Positions 31,033-45,599 are shown, numbered from the stretch's first letter. The stretch: 64,000 nt of DNA from an uncultured cyanobacterium (GCA_963744145.1 CAVUSO010000001.1:4448001-4512000); one strand, 5' to 3'. Numbers and translations: made by a program. The notes: generated by a model not told the origin, from the sequence alone.

Positions 31033-31362
31033 CTATGATGGTTGCAAGTTTGCTGTTTCTGCTTTAATTTGACGGAATCTCAATCTAGCGGGTGAGGGAT
31101 TTTCCTCTTGCTCTGCGCGGATTTTGCGAGAAAATTCTAGCCAATCAGCAAGGTAAGCACTCACCTCAGATTTGTTGTGTAAATAGTACAAAATAGTCGC
31201 ATAAATTTGCTCTAAAGTGACAGTGTGAAATTGGGTGGCAATTTCTTCAGGAGTTTTACAACGATAGATGTATTCATAGAGAATACTTTCAATACCAATC
31301 CGAGTTCCTTGAAGGCGAATATCATCAGGAGCGAGAAAATTGAAGTAGTCTTCAATCTGCAT
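31033..31362 (-). CDS. DUF433 antitoxin (VapB45-like)
   Basis: IRLQGTRIGIESIL, TPEEIA and LEQIYATILYY motifs. Confidence 0.88.
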   Translation of the reverse strand: MQIEDYFNFLAPDDIRLQGTRIGIESILYEYIYRCKTPEEIATQFHTVTLEQIYATILYYLHNKSEVSAYLADWLEFSRKIRAEQEENPSPARLRFRQIKAETANLQPS

Positions 31363-31410
31363 AGGATAATCCTCCGAATTGTTTTAAATTAGTAAAAAAG
31401 AGATATTTTT

Positions 31411-33168
31411 TTAGGGATTGGGTGGCTGCACTCCAAATAAATGGACAGTCCCAGACATATTACTTAAGTCCTGGAGAAATTGCGATCGCACATGATTAGA
31501 ATCTGGTGTTTGTCCTCCCATAAAAAGACAGACAATCTCTTGACAATCGGTATCTTCTACCTCATTGGGAATATTCACTCTCTTAATACTTGCCCAAGAA
31601 CAATGGGCATTTGTACCGCTGGCAGCATTACCACCAATATCAGGATTTCGCTTGTAATTTCGCGGGGGAGTTTCTTGATAAATAATATACATTCCATCAC
31701 CGCGTGTTTCTTCAGCGCGTGTTTCTTTCCATGCAATATTTGCAGTAGACACAGGATCGGCATCTGGGCCTGGAACAGCATAAACAGCACAAGTTGTCGG
31801 AGAAAAAATTTCCCAAGCTTGCTGTTGATTAATTCCTACTGCTACTCTAGTTGACCATTTGCTTTGGACAGCAGCTAGCCACTCTTGATAATCTGTATTC
31901 CAGCTATTTGTATCGAACTGTAAGCGAAATGTTTTATTTTCTAACTCATTAGTTTTAGAGTTTCTAACTTTGTGAGTCAAAATTAAATGCGTCCCTCGTG
32001 ATGATGGCTTTTCTCTTTTTTCTCCTGTTTGTTTATCTTTTATCTCCATGTTGAAAATATGCAAGGGTCTGCGCCATCCGCGCCCAACACCCCCAACGAT
32101 TACGGCAAAGCGGATAATGGGTAAAATAATCTTGTTTAAGGTATCTTTAGGTGCGCTAATTTGTAGCTTACCTTTCCAAACATAAAAGTAAGGTTTATTG
32201 CCAGATTGTTTCCCCCAAATATTTCCCTTTACCATTTGCAAGCGCACACACCCTTTGCGACTGTTCGGTTCCAAAGTTCCCATCAGTTCCCATAAGGTTT
32301 GCTGGGCATCAGATTCTGACATTACTCCCAATAAAAACCGCAATATCCACGATCGCAACCATCCTCTCCAGTGAGACGGACGTAATTCTGGTTCTTGAGG
32401 ATCTGCACCATAACACCCTTGACTGTAAAGGCTAAAATCAAAGTTTTTCACGCCATCATCAGGGTAAGGTTTTGGTTTAACATCAGGAGATGCGATCGCG
32501 CCATACCCGGAAGCAGTACGACTTCCTACACCGTAAAGCGTTAAAGCTTGCTGTACCCAACCCCAAACTTCTGCTACTTCCTCAGCGGTTGCTTTCCTCG
32601 GAATACCACGAATAGCAACAGTAACATCGACAATTTCTTCACCCGTACCTAAAGTGTAAAAAGATAGAGGAGTGCTTTGCCCTTGGTGATAAACCTGAAA
32701 TTCTTCTTGCGGGTTGACAATATCAAGGGTGAGTTTTGTAGCTTTTTCTGGTCAAGCATCGAAAAATTCAATTTTGCCAGAAGAGATGCGATCGTCGTCT
32801 TGATAACCCAACAATTGAAGCATTCTAGGTTTAATATCTGATCGCTGTTTTGCCCACGATCGCACTATCCCACGAATGACAGAAGCAGGAATATAACCAT
32901 TGAGAGGTAACTGCTGAAAATATTGGAAATTTTCTCCCACATTTCGTTTTTCTTCTGGGCGACTTAAATTTTGTGGACAGCCAGAAGTTGGTTTCCATGC
33001 ACCGCAAGGTTCACCTGCTGAGACAATAGTTTCCACATCTGGATGAGGAAAAGAACCCACTTTGGCACGCCACTGAATCGCAAACGTACCTTTGCGAAAT
33101 AGGTTTGACTGCTGACGCGCTTGATGCTGTCTTTCTAATAATTCAATCAATTGAGTTCCTGCGTACAT
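31411..33168 (-). pseudogene. cmr6: Cmr6-Cmr1 RAMP fusion interrupted by an in-frame TGA at 32752-32754
   Basis: The 138-aa and 346-aa ORFs are in the same frame with 100 open codons between them (FFDA*PEKATKLTLDIVNPQ...GVGSRTASGYG). The downstream part carries Cmr1-like ELRPSHWRGWLRSW. Confidence 0.85.
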
Positions 33169-33800
33169 TATTCCCCCTTAGAATATGCTCTTGCCCAGAA
33201 ATTCCACTGTTCCGATAGCATCATAGATTTGCGCCAATTTGCCATGTATTGAGCGGGTTGATTTCTTGCCATTTCCGCCACACTTTCCATCAAGTTGCGC
33301 CGTTGGTTTGGGTCTTTTGCATCAGTTGGTTGTCCTAGCATTTGACCGAGTAGCGAGATCCAAACAGGAACGGTGCGATCGCGTACTTTTCCTTCTTGAG
33401 CATTTGACTGATTGACATATCCAACCGCAGATAGTAACCCAAATAAACGCAAGTGTTGCGACAGTCGCAAAACCGCATTTAAGTCTTCTTTTTCCATGTC
33501 AGTTTTTTTTGCTATTTCCAGATATTTTTGAATGTGTTGGTAAGCAGTTAAACTCATTTGTTCTGGTTGAAGTATTGCTGATTTTTTCTCTGAATTTGGT
33601 GAAGTCGTTGTGATTTGTTCTGGTTGAAGTATTGCTGATTTTTTCTCTGAGCTTGAAGTTGGTGAATTAGTTGTTAGTGGAGCATAGATATAATTGGGCT
33701 TGGAATTATTTTCAGAGCTAGACTCTTTAGCTATAGATTCCGAATTTGCTCCTGGTTTTGGTCCTTTAGGAAACTGAGATGGTTTGTTTTTCTTACTCAT
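33168..33800 (-). CDS. cmr5: Cmr5/Cas11 small subunit with low-complexity N-terminal extension
   Basis: Located between cmr4 and cmr6; helical core with RLFGLLSA and WNFWARA. Confidence 0.7.
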   Translation of the reverse strand: MSKKNKPSQFPKGPKPGANSESIAKESSSENNSKPNYIYAPLTTNSPTSSSEKKSAILQPEQITTTSPNSEKKSAILQPEQMSLTAYQHIQKYLEIAKKTDMEKEDLNAVLRLSQHLRLFGLLSAVGYVNQSNAQEGKVRDRTVPVWISLLGQMLGQPTDAKDPNQRRNLMESVAEMARNQPAQYMANWRKSMMLSEQWNFWARAYSKGE

Positions 33801-33802
33801 GA

Positions 33803-34707
33803 CTAACCTCCTACAACAGCAGCAATTTTTTCAGATTTTTCAGACGCTTTAGCACCGTTTGGTGCAGTTTCATCAGCTACCCAACTTTGCACCCAACCCC
33901 GTCCAACATTGGCTTGACCGCCTACTTGAATTAATCCCTTGATCGTAGTCATTAGTAGCTCATGTTGATCAGTAGTTATAGGATTATCTTTGAGTAAGCT
34001 ATAACCCCAAGAGTAATAAAAAATTGTGTCTCGTGGAATGCAAATATCTGTCCAAAAAATCTCAGCAGAACCCTCAGAAGTAGCCCCACTATTCCCGTCT
34101 TGAATTTTGTTGCGAACTTGGGTCCAGAGAGAGTGTTCCATTAATACTTGAAAATCAGCATCAGGTAAAACAATGCAGCTTTTTTCCCAAACTGTTTTGA
34201 CGGAACTGTTGAGGGAAGCTGGCCAAGAAAGTTCGATCGCTTTTTTCTGCTCTGGAGATAAAGAACTTACTTGAATCTGAGCATCAGCCACCATGTAATT
34301 ACCTGGTTGAGTTCCTACAGGATTATTGGGGAAAACAGCACCAGGTAAGTTAGCAATTAAAGCGCGATCGCGAATCAGCGAATGACAGCTGACCCAGGTA
34401 AATACATCTCGGTTTCCACTTGCCATTGTTCGCATCGGAATCCACAACAAACGGGCATCTCCAAACCAAACTTGATGCACTCCCATTTGACCATTCTGAT
34501 CTAACTCTTTGCCAAATAAAGCATTAGCAGCAACTTCATCAAGCTGTGTCACTTCATCCCGCAAACTTCCCCGCAAAGAAGAACCGGGAATGTAAGGAAA
34601 ATTTGTATGAACTTCACGGGCAATTTCCAAAATATTGCCCAAATCTCCCTCACCACCACAGTGAATAGGGGCGAGACTGTATAAATAGCCAACTCGAAAA
34701 TCAGTCA

Positions 34708-34708
<1 letters not shown>
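33803..34708 (-). CDS. cmr4: Type III-B RAMP Cmr4 (Cas7)
   Basis: PIHCGG, IAREVHTNFPYIPGSSLRG and QVGGQANVGRG motifs. Confidence 0.93.
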
Positions 34709-38969
<4,261 letters not shown>

Positions 38970-39140
38970 TTTTGTGATCCCTTGATATTTCTTTTTTCCA
39001 GTCTAGCAATAGAATATGTAGAAAATCTCGGATTAAACAATATCTATCAATTTAATTTACAAAGACTTACAATGCTTTGTGTATAATGCTTACAGGTAAA
39101 TCTAAAGATTCAATGTTACTATTATTTTTTACTTGACAAA

Positions 39141-40328
39141 ATGCCCAAGAAACCTGTAATACATCCTCATTCTGATGAACTCAGATTTCAACGTCTCATG
39201 CTTCTAATTGCCACCCTCGTCAAGCATCCAGGGGTGGGCTATCTTGAGTCAGATGAGCGAGGACTAGAAGATCACAATCGTCTGCAAGAAGTTCAAAGTT
39301 ACTTGCGTGAAGTTGCTCAAGAGGTAAGAATAGATTTACCAGAGGGCTATCCTGGGATTTCTACCATTCGCAAAGATATAGAAACCCTACGTCGTTATCA
39401 CATTCTTGATCAGGGAATGTATCGTTGGGGCTATTATCTTGGTACAGGTGTGATGAGTAGCAAAGAGTTGCAAGTGGCTTTTCATGCTTTGGCATCTGTT
39501 GCTAAATATCAAGGTAATTCCCAAGCTAAACGAGTTCATCAAATACTAACGAAACGCTTACGGAAACTAGATTTAGAACTTCATGGTGAATTTTTCTATC
39601 CGGTGCGACAGCAACTTAATCGGGCAATTGTCCATACCGATCCGGACGAAATGAGAGATTTAGGAGAATACCGAGATACTTTATTCGATCAATTAGATAT
39701 AGTAGAACAAGCTATTTATCAGGGCCAGGTAATAGAAATTTCACGTCATAGCGATCCTTATGGTAGAAAACGAGTAGGACTGATGCAGGTCTATCCTCTA
39801 CAACTTGTTTACTACGATATTGCCTGGTATCTGATTTATGAATATTACTCAAATGGACATTTAGCAATTAGCCGAATTAATCGGTTTAAAAGCCATTGTG
39901 AAGTCCTACCATATCAAGGTCGTGGTTTAGCAGCTCAAAAGCAAAGTTTAACTAATGTCCACCAATTATTAGAAAATGGCTGGGGTTTATATCTCGGTGA
40001 GTTAGAAGAACAACAGGCAGAATTGCAGGGAAAATTAACTTTCCAAAAGGTCAAGGTACATTTTTTCCCAGAAGTAATTCCCTTTATCTTAGAAGGCGAT
40101 CGCCGTCATCTTCATCAAAAAATCGATCCAGGTCCGAAAGATAAAAATGGGAAGCCTCGCTATGTGGAATATACAGTGAAACTACCTCCTCGTTCTCTGC
40201 CTGAGTTTAGTCTTTGGGTATATCGTCACATGGATAATGCCCAAATCATATCTCCTCCTGATTTAGCAGAAAAACATCGCCAAGCTGCAATCAGGTTGGC
40301 AAATCGATACAATAATGGTCAAGCGTGA
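39141..40328 (+). CDS. WYL domain transcriptional regulator, divergent from the cmr operon
   Basis: N-terminal HTH (TIRKDIETL); PLQLVYYDIAWYL. Confidence 0.9.
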   Translation: MPKKPVIHPHSDELRFQRLMLLIATLVKHPGVGYLESDERGLEDHNRLQEVQSYLREVAQEVRIDLPEGYPGISTIRKDIETLRRYHILDQGMYRWGYYLGTGVMSSKELQVAFHALASVAKYQGNSQAKRVHQILTKRLRKLDLELHGEFFYPVRQQLNRAIVHTDPDEMRDLGEYRDTLFDQLDIVEQAIYQGQVIEISRHSDPYGRKRVGLMQVYPLQLVYYDIAWYLIYEYYSNGHLAISRINRFKSHCEVLPYQGRGLAAQKQSLTNVHQLLENGWGLYLGELEEQQAELQGKLTFQKVKVHFFPEVIPFILEGDRRHLHQKIDPGPKDKNGKPRYVEYTVKLPPRSLPEFSLWVYRHMDNAQIISPPDLAEKHRQAAIRLANRYNNGQA

Positions 40329-40391
40329 TTCATGATGTATTGGCTAATTTCACCTTTCATTTGTTGTCTTTAATTACCTCTTAAAAATCTG

Positions 40392-40583
40392 TCATACATT
40401 TTTGTTTTTTTGTCTAACAAACTCTTTAAATTCATCTAATGTTGGTTCATCAGATTGATATCTTTCTTTAGTATAGTCTCCATACCCTGCTTCAAATTGT
40501 TGAATAAATCGTAGCATTCCTCCCACTCCTAACGAGGTAATAAGAGATTGATATCCTTTCTGTCTAATTTCAGTTAGCTTCAT
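40392..40583 (-). CDS. Small putative antitoxin of the type found downstream of PIN toxins
   Basis: EIRQKGYQSL..LG..GMLRFIQQFEAGYGDYTKER; the ATG at 40583 overlaps the upstream stop (ATGA). Confidence 0.7.
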   Translation of the reverse strand: MKLTEIRQKGYQSLITSLGVGGMLRFIQQFEAGYGDYTKERYQSDEPTLDEFKEFVRQKNKNV

Positions 40584-40756
40584 GGGGTTTCCTCCTGGAA
40601 AATACTCATTAACCAAGTAACGGGGTTTTCTATTTGAATTGTAATTAGATTACTGCATTTTTTAGCTTTCCGTAATAAGCGATCATCAGTAGTTATTCGG
40701 TTGTGCTGTTCGTTCAGCAGTTCGATGATATAATTAACAGCATTCAGCATTGGCAT
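40580..40756 (-). pseudogene. Chimeric remnant: GNAT-toxin-like N-terminus fused to a PIN-toxin-like C-terminus
   Basis: 58-aa ORF MPMLNAVNYIIELLNEQHNR-ITTDDRLLRKAKKCSNLITIQIENPVTWL..., coupled to both neighbours. Confidence 0.65.
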
Positions 40757-40920
40757 TACAAACCCATTAGCTGTTTGTATCGTTTGGCATAGGAGCGTAA
40801 TTTTTCACCTGGTTCTGGTGGATTGAGTAAAGCATTGACAAATACTTCACCGAAAAACGTACATGGAAGCCCCCGGCTTTAGACGTGGGGAGGAAATGGA
40901 CCAGGCGATTTTAATCGCCG

Positions 40921-41329
40921 TCAAGTTCCTGGTTTCCATTTCTGATTTTCAATATATTTCTTAACCACATCTAACGGCGCACCGCCAACGGTAGCCACAA
41001 AATAAGAATTAGTCCACAAGGTAGGTAGTCTACTTTTGAGCCAAGGAAACTCTTGCCTCAAATATCGAGATGATCTACCTTTCATAATTTTAACAACTTG
41101 TTGGACGCCAAATTGAGGGTCAATGCTAATCAATAAATGAACATGATCTGGCATGACTTCAAGCTCAATAATTTCGCATTTCTTCTCGCTTAGCTACTTC
41201 GTGAATAATTTCTTTCAGCCTAGTATCAACACCGTTGACTAACACTTTGCGTCGATACTTGGGACACCAGACAATGTGATATTGACAAACATATAAGATA
41301 TTGTTATTTGATTTAAAGTGATTTGCCAT
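40921..41329 (-). pseudogene. tnpA: IS200-type Y1 transposase TnpA with a +1 frameshift near 41190
   Basis: YHIVWCPKYRRKVL is in one frame; MPDHVHLL (HUH) and YIENQ are in another; the 409-nt span is 3n+1. Confidence 0.88.
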
Positions 41330-41384
41330 TGCTAGTATTTACTTGCCTACTGTATAATAGTGACATCGTTTAACTAATAAGTCA

Positions 41385-42941
41385 ATGGCTCGCCAATCTA
41401 GCCCTACTAAGACCCCATCATTTATTGTTGAGATACCCTTGGTGGTATCCGACAAAGATGCTGGGGTTTTAAATTCTAGATTTGAAGCGGGTCGGCAACT
41501 TTATAACGCCTGCTTGGGGGAGGCAATGCGGCGACTAAAGCTGGTTAAACAATCTAAGAAATATCAAGAAGCCAGAAAACTTAAAAAGGGTAAGGCCAGA
41601 ACAGCAGCATTTAAAGAAGCAAATCAGGCATATAAATATAGTGAATATGATTTGCATTCTTATTGCACGACTGTTCGTAATTCTTGGTTGAGCGACCATA
41701 TTGACGCAAACACCGCTCAAAAATTAGCGACCCGTGCATTCAATGCCTCTATTCGAGTAGCTTTTGGCAAAGCTAAGAAAGTCAGGTTTAAAGGAAAAAA
41801 TCAACTTGATTCCTTAGAAGGCAAGACAAATAAGACGGGGATTAGATGGGTAAAAGAAACCTTGGTTTGGGGAAACATCCAACTCAAGCCATACTTAACA
41901 ACCTATGACCCTGTAATAACTCATGGCCTAAACAGTCGAGTAAAATACGTTAGATTGGTGCGCCGTCGGATTAATGGCAAGGTTTTCTACTACGCTCAAT
42001 TAGTTGCTGAAGGTAAACCATTTCAGAAGCCTAAGAACAAAATTGGTAATGGTTCTGTTGGTCTAGATATTGGACCCTCGACTATTGCCATTGTCGGGGA
42101 TGATTCAGCCAAATTAACCCTGTTCGCATCAGAATTGCAGTCGAAGGATAAGGAAATTCGCCGACTACAAAGAAAGATGGAACGGTCTAGAAGAGCGAAT
42201 AATCCCCACAACTACAACCCGGATTTTGTTGACAAAAAAGGAAAACAGAAAAAAGGAACTGTTAAAAAAGGATGTAGAGGGTGGAATAATTCCAAAACCT
42301 ATCTTCAGACCAGAACATCTAAGGCTAATCTAGAACGAGAATTAGCGGCTCATCGAAAGTCGTTACATGGAAAATTAGTTAATGAAATTCTTCGTCAAGG
42401 TAATACTGTTAAATTAGAAAAACTTTCCTACAAAGCTTTTCAGAAATTATTCGGCAAGTCGGTAGGAAAACGCGCACCAGGGGAATTTGTATCGCATCTA
42501 AAGCGCAGGGCTGAAAGTGCTGGTGCTAAGGTGATTGAATTCTCAACTTATTCAACTAAACTGTCGCAAACTTGTCAATGTGGCAACGTCAAGAAAAAAC
42601 AGCTTTCCGAAAGAATCCATCAATGTGATTGTGGAATCTTTTGTCAGAGAGATTTATATTCGGCGTTTCTTGCCAAATTTGTTGATAATGAACTGCTTCA
42701 AGCGAATCAAGCTATTGATGCTTGGTTAGGTTCGGAACCGATCCTGTATGCGGCTTGGAGACAGGTCACCCAAACTAACTTGCAAGTAGAAGGACGAGTT
42801 TCTTCTTCCTTTGGGAAATTCCCAGAGTCAGAGCGAGTCGCAGCGAAAGTTCAAAATTCTGATGCTAAGGTCTTGGATGTTGTACCAAATTGGGAGAGCC
42901 AAAAAGAGGCATTATTGCATTTTGAACCCCCGTCCCTTTAG
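41385..42941 (+). CDS. tnpB: RNA-guided endonuclease TnpB
   Basis: RuvC-I GLDIG, RuvC-II LEKLS, Zn finger CQCG..CDCG, RuvC-III QRDLYSA. Confidence 0.92.
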   Translation: MARQSSPTKTPSFIVEIPLVVSDKDAGVLNSRFEAGRQLYNACLGEAMRRLKLVKQSKKYQEARKLKKGKARTAAFKEANQAYKYSEYDLHSYCTTVRNSWLSDHIDANTAQKLATRAFNASIRVAFGKAKKVRFKGKNQLDSLEGKTNKTGIRWVKETLVWGNIQLKPYLTTYDPVITHGLNSRVKYVRLVRRRINGKVFYYAQLVAEGKPFQKPKNKIGNGSVGLDIGPSTIAIVGDDSAKLTLFASELQSKDKEIRRLQRKMERSRRANNPHNYNPDFVDKKGKQKKGTVKKGCRGWNNSKTYLQTRTSKANLERELAAHRKSLHGKLVNEILRQGNTVKLEKLSYKAFQKLFGKSVGKRAPGEFVSHLKRRAESAGAKVIEFSTYSTKLSQTCQCGNVKKKQLSERIHQCDCGIFCQRDLYSAFLAKFVDNELLQANQAIDAWLGSEPILYAAWRQVTQTNLQVEGRVSSSFGKFPESERVAAKVQNSDAKVLDVVPNWESQKEALLHFEPPSL

Positions 42942-43228
42942 GGCTGGGGTGGCTTCAGGGTCTTGCTTGCTTAACTGTATTACCGTTTGTTCTTGAATTG
43001 TGCGTTTAGCAGCCTCTATCGCACTGGCAACCACAAATTCTGTTAGTGAAAATCCACTGATTTGAGCTGCTTCTAACAATAATTCTTTTTGTGCTTGAGT
43101 GATTCGTGCTTCTAGACCTGCATTTTTGGTAGTTAGGGAACTCATCGCAATTTAACGTTTTTAATTTGTAAAAACTTCATTTTTCTCAATTGTACGGCTT
43201 TTTGGCGTACAAGTCAATCCCTAAGTCT

Positions 43229-43682
43229 TATACCAATTATTGAAATTATAACTACAAATCAATATGGTTCAGTTAACCGTAGGGGCAAAGCATTTCGGCG
43301 CATAAATGATGGCTCAAACGTTTACCCTGAGCGGAGTCGAAGGGAAGCATAATATTACCGAAATGCGAGAGCCCTCACCATCTATGCAGCCAATCGATCA
43401 ACTATATATCAATACGGTTCAGTTAAGAATTTTTTGGGAGCTCTGGACCAAGAACTGGGCGAAGCATTCGGATATAAATATTAACCGCCCTTCGACTTCG
43501 CCCTTCGACTACCCTTCGACTTCGCTCAGGGCACGCGCTCAGGGAACACTCAGGGTAAAATTTGAGTAATAAATTATCGCCCGAATGCTTCGCCCCTACA
43601 AATCCGGACAAAATTCTGTTGATGTTTCCTTGAGATGAGCGATCGAACAATTATCTGTAGTGCTAATTTACGAAATTGGTAT
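43229..43682. repeat. Nested MITE/REP/SDR mosaic
   Basis: Outer imperfect IRs (TACCAATT...AATTGGTA); inner CAATAYGGTTCAGTTAA ends; single SDR at 43321-43344 and triple-nested SDR at 43488-43559 (minus strand). Confidence 0.8.
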
Positions 43683-43836
43683 TAGCTCTGGCTGTGATTT
43701 ACTCAACCCTCGGTATTGTCCCACCAATTAAGAAAGACAAAACTATTTTCGATCGCCTATGAACTTAGTGGTGCAAAAATCATTGATAATAAAGGCTAAT
43801 CTCCGCCAATCTCAACCAGAGCAAGGATTAAAGAAA

Positions 43837-44778
43837 ATGCGAATTTTGATTATGGGTGGTACGCGATTCATTGGTGTTTACTTAACTAAAATTTTAGTGG
43901 CAAAAGGTCATGAGGTAGTTCTTTTTAATCGTGGTAATAAACCAGCTCCTGTTCCGGGAGTAAAAGTAATTCATGGCGATCGCACGCTCCCAGACCAACT
44001 GCAAGAAAAACTCAACCAAGAACACTTTGATGCGATCTTTGACAATAATGGTCGAGAACTAAGCGATACTAAACCCCTTGCTGATCTATTTAAAGGTCGG
44101 GTGCAACATTTCATTTATATGAGTTCGGCTGGTGTTTATCTCAAATCCGATCAATTACCCCATCAAGAAGGTGATCCGATCGACCCTAAAAGTCGTCATA
44201 AAGGTAAACATGATACGGAAAGTTACCTGATTGAGCAGGGATTACCTTGGACATCAATCCGTCCTACTTATATTTATGGTCCACAAAACTATAATGAATT
44301 GGAAGCTTGGTTTTTCGCTCGCTTAATCCGTAATCGTCCCATCCCGATTCCTGGTAATGGATTACATATCACCCAACTAGGGCATTGTCAAGATTTAGCG
44401 GAAGCAATGACCGCAGTGCTAGGTAATCAAAAAGCGATCTCTCAGGTCTATAATATATCAGGCGATCGCTATGTGACCTTTGATGGTTTAGCCCGAGCTT
44501 GTGCGATCGCAATGGGTAAATCACCAGATGATGTTCAGCTCGTCCATTATGATCCGAAAAAATTTGATTTCGGTCAACGTAAAGGTTTCCCCATCCGAGT
44601 TCAGCACTTTTTTGCCACCATTCATAAAGCGATCGATGATCTCGACTGGAAACCAAAATTTGATCTGATTTCTGGACTAAAAGACTCTTTTGAAAATGAC
44701 TATTTAGCTAACCAACAAGACCAAGCAAAGATCGATTTTTCTGTAGATGATGAAATTTTGCAGGTCATGTCAAAGTAG
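43837..44778 (+). CDS. NAD-dependent epimerase family protein, CSP41b-like RNA-binding protein
   Basis: MRILIMGGTRFIG, DNNGRE, YMSSAGVY and DPKSRHKGK motifs; start moved to ATG 43837. Confidence 0.85.
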   Translation: MRILIMGGTRFIGVYLTKILVAKGHEVVLFNRGNKPAPVPGVKVIHGDRTLPDQLQEKLNQEHFDAIFDNNGRELSDTKPLADLFKGRVQHFIYMSSAGVYLKSDQLPHQEGDPIDPKSRHKGKHDTESYLIEQGLPWTSIRPTYIYGPQNYNELEAWFFARLIRNRPIPIPGNGLHITQLGHCQDLAEAMTAVLGNQKAISQVYNISGDRYVTFDGLARACAIAMGKSPDDVQLVHYDPKKFDFGQRKGFPIRVQHFFATIHKAIDDLDWKPKFDLISGLKDSFENDYLANQQDQAKIDFSVDDEILQVMSK

Positions 44779-45414
44779 ATGCAAAAAAGAATTAGCTAAA
44801 ATCGCAACTTGAGTGCGATCGCGCAAATTCAAACGATTCAAAATATTAGTCACATGATTTTTGACAGTTCCTTCGGAAATATAAAGTTTTTGGGCAATTT
44901 CCCGGTTACTCGAACCAGCAGCAATTAAGCGCAAAACTTCCTTTTCCCGTGGCGTCAATTCAGCCCAACTAGGGGGTAAACTTACTGGTGGACTGGAAGA
45001 AGGCACTTTAGCAATCAGCTTATCAACTAATCCCGGTCCTAATTGAGTATACCCTTTATCAACAGCTCGAATTGCCGCTGCTAATTCTTCTGAGGGAGTA
45101 TCTTTAAGTAAATATCCGATCGCTCCAAAGCGTAGTGCTTGAGCCACATATTGATCATCATCAAAAGTCGTCAAAACTAAAATTTTTACATTGGGAAAAC
45201 GCTGACAAATCTCCTGAGTTGCTGCGACCCCATCCATAATGGGCATCCGAATGTCCATCAAAACTACATCTGGTTGTAAAGTTTCTACCAGTTGAATGGC
45301 GATTTGTCCATTATCCGCTTCACCGATAATTTGCAAATCTGTTTCTAGTTCCAATAAAGCTTTTAAACCTTGGCGAATTAAACTTTGGTCATCAACTAAT
45401 AAGATTTTAATCAT
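44770..45414 (-). CDS. NarL/LuxR family response regulator
   Basis: REC domain (VDD, LMDIRMP) plus LTPREKEVL...TVKNHV HTH. Confidence 0.95.
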   Translation of the reverse strand: MIKILLVDDQSLIRQGLKALLELETDLQIIGEADNGQIAIQLVETLQPDVVLMDIRMPIMDGVAATQEICQRFPNVKILVLTTFDDDQYVAQALRFGAIGYLLKDTPSEELAAAIRAVDKGYTQLGPGLVDKLIAKVPSSSPPVSLPPSWAELTPREKEVLRLIAAGSSNREIAQKLYISEGTVKNHVTNILNRLNLRDRTQVAILANSFLHLL

Positions 45415-45599
45415 ATTGCTAATTATTGATGGGGATGAGGGGTCAAAATGACCATAATTTCTAGAGGATTAATGAATTTAATTGCCAATATTTATCCCAT
45501 TCACTGTTGTCAAGAATACCAAATATCGCTAGGACAAAAACGCAGTTTACTGCGCTTTTGGGTTTACTGGGAGTTGGCAGATTGATGATGAGCAGAAAC

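Larger units (their letters stand above)
40851..42958 (+). mobile_element. IS200/IS605 family element (IS605 group, divergent tnpA/tnpB)
   Basis: Subterminal hairpins AAGCCCCCGGCTTTAGACGTGGGG and CCCCGTCCCTTTAGGGCTGGGG; no target duplication; removal restores the DUF1778 frame. Ends are uncertain by 1 nt. Confidence 0.9.
40756..43145 (-). pseudogene. DUF1778 (RHH, TacA-like) antitoxin split by the IS element
   Basis: 5' half 43145-42959 (LEARIT..QKELL..AA...IQLSKQD) rejoins in frame with 3' half 40850-40756 (EVFVNALLNPPEPGEKLRSYAKRY). Confidence 0.85.

Noticed and set aside
32752..32754. TGA as a selenocysteine codon or alternative genetic code
   Set aside because: The context fits Trp rather than Cys, no SECIS-like hairpin was evident, and TGA is a normal stop in other genes here.
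41385..42941. TnpB as a Cas12f-like effector of the nearby array
   Set aside because: It lies inside IS ends with tnpA, interrupts a gene, and is ~14 kb from an array already explained by the Cmr module.
42912..43145. 77-aa ORF as an intact gene
   Set aside because: Its C-terminus (PEATPALKGRGFKMQ) is read from the IS right end; the true 3' half lies at 40756-40850.
43306..43650. ORFs in repeat mosaics (also 18644-18862, 19679-19921, 50584-50832)
   Set aside because: They are translations of REP/MITE/SDR sequence with no protein-like motifs.
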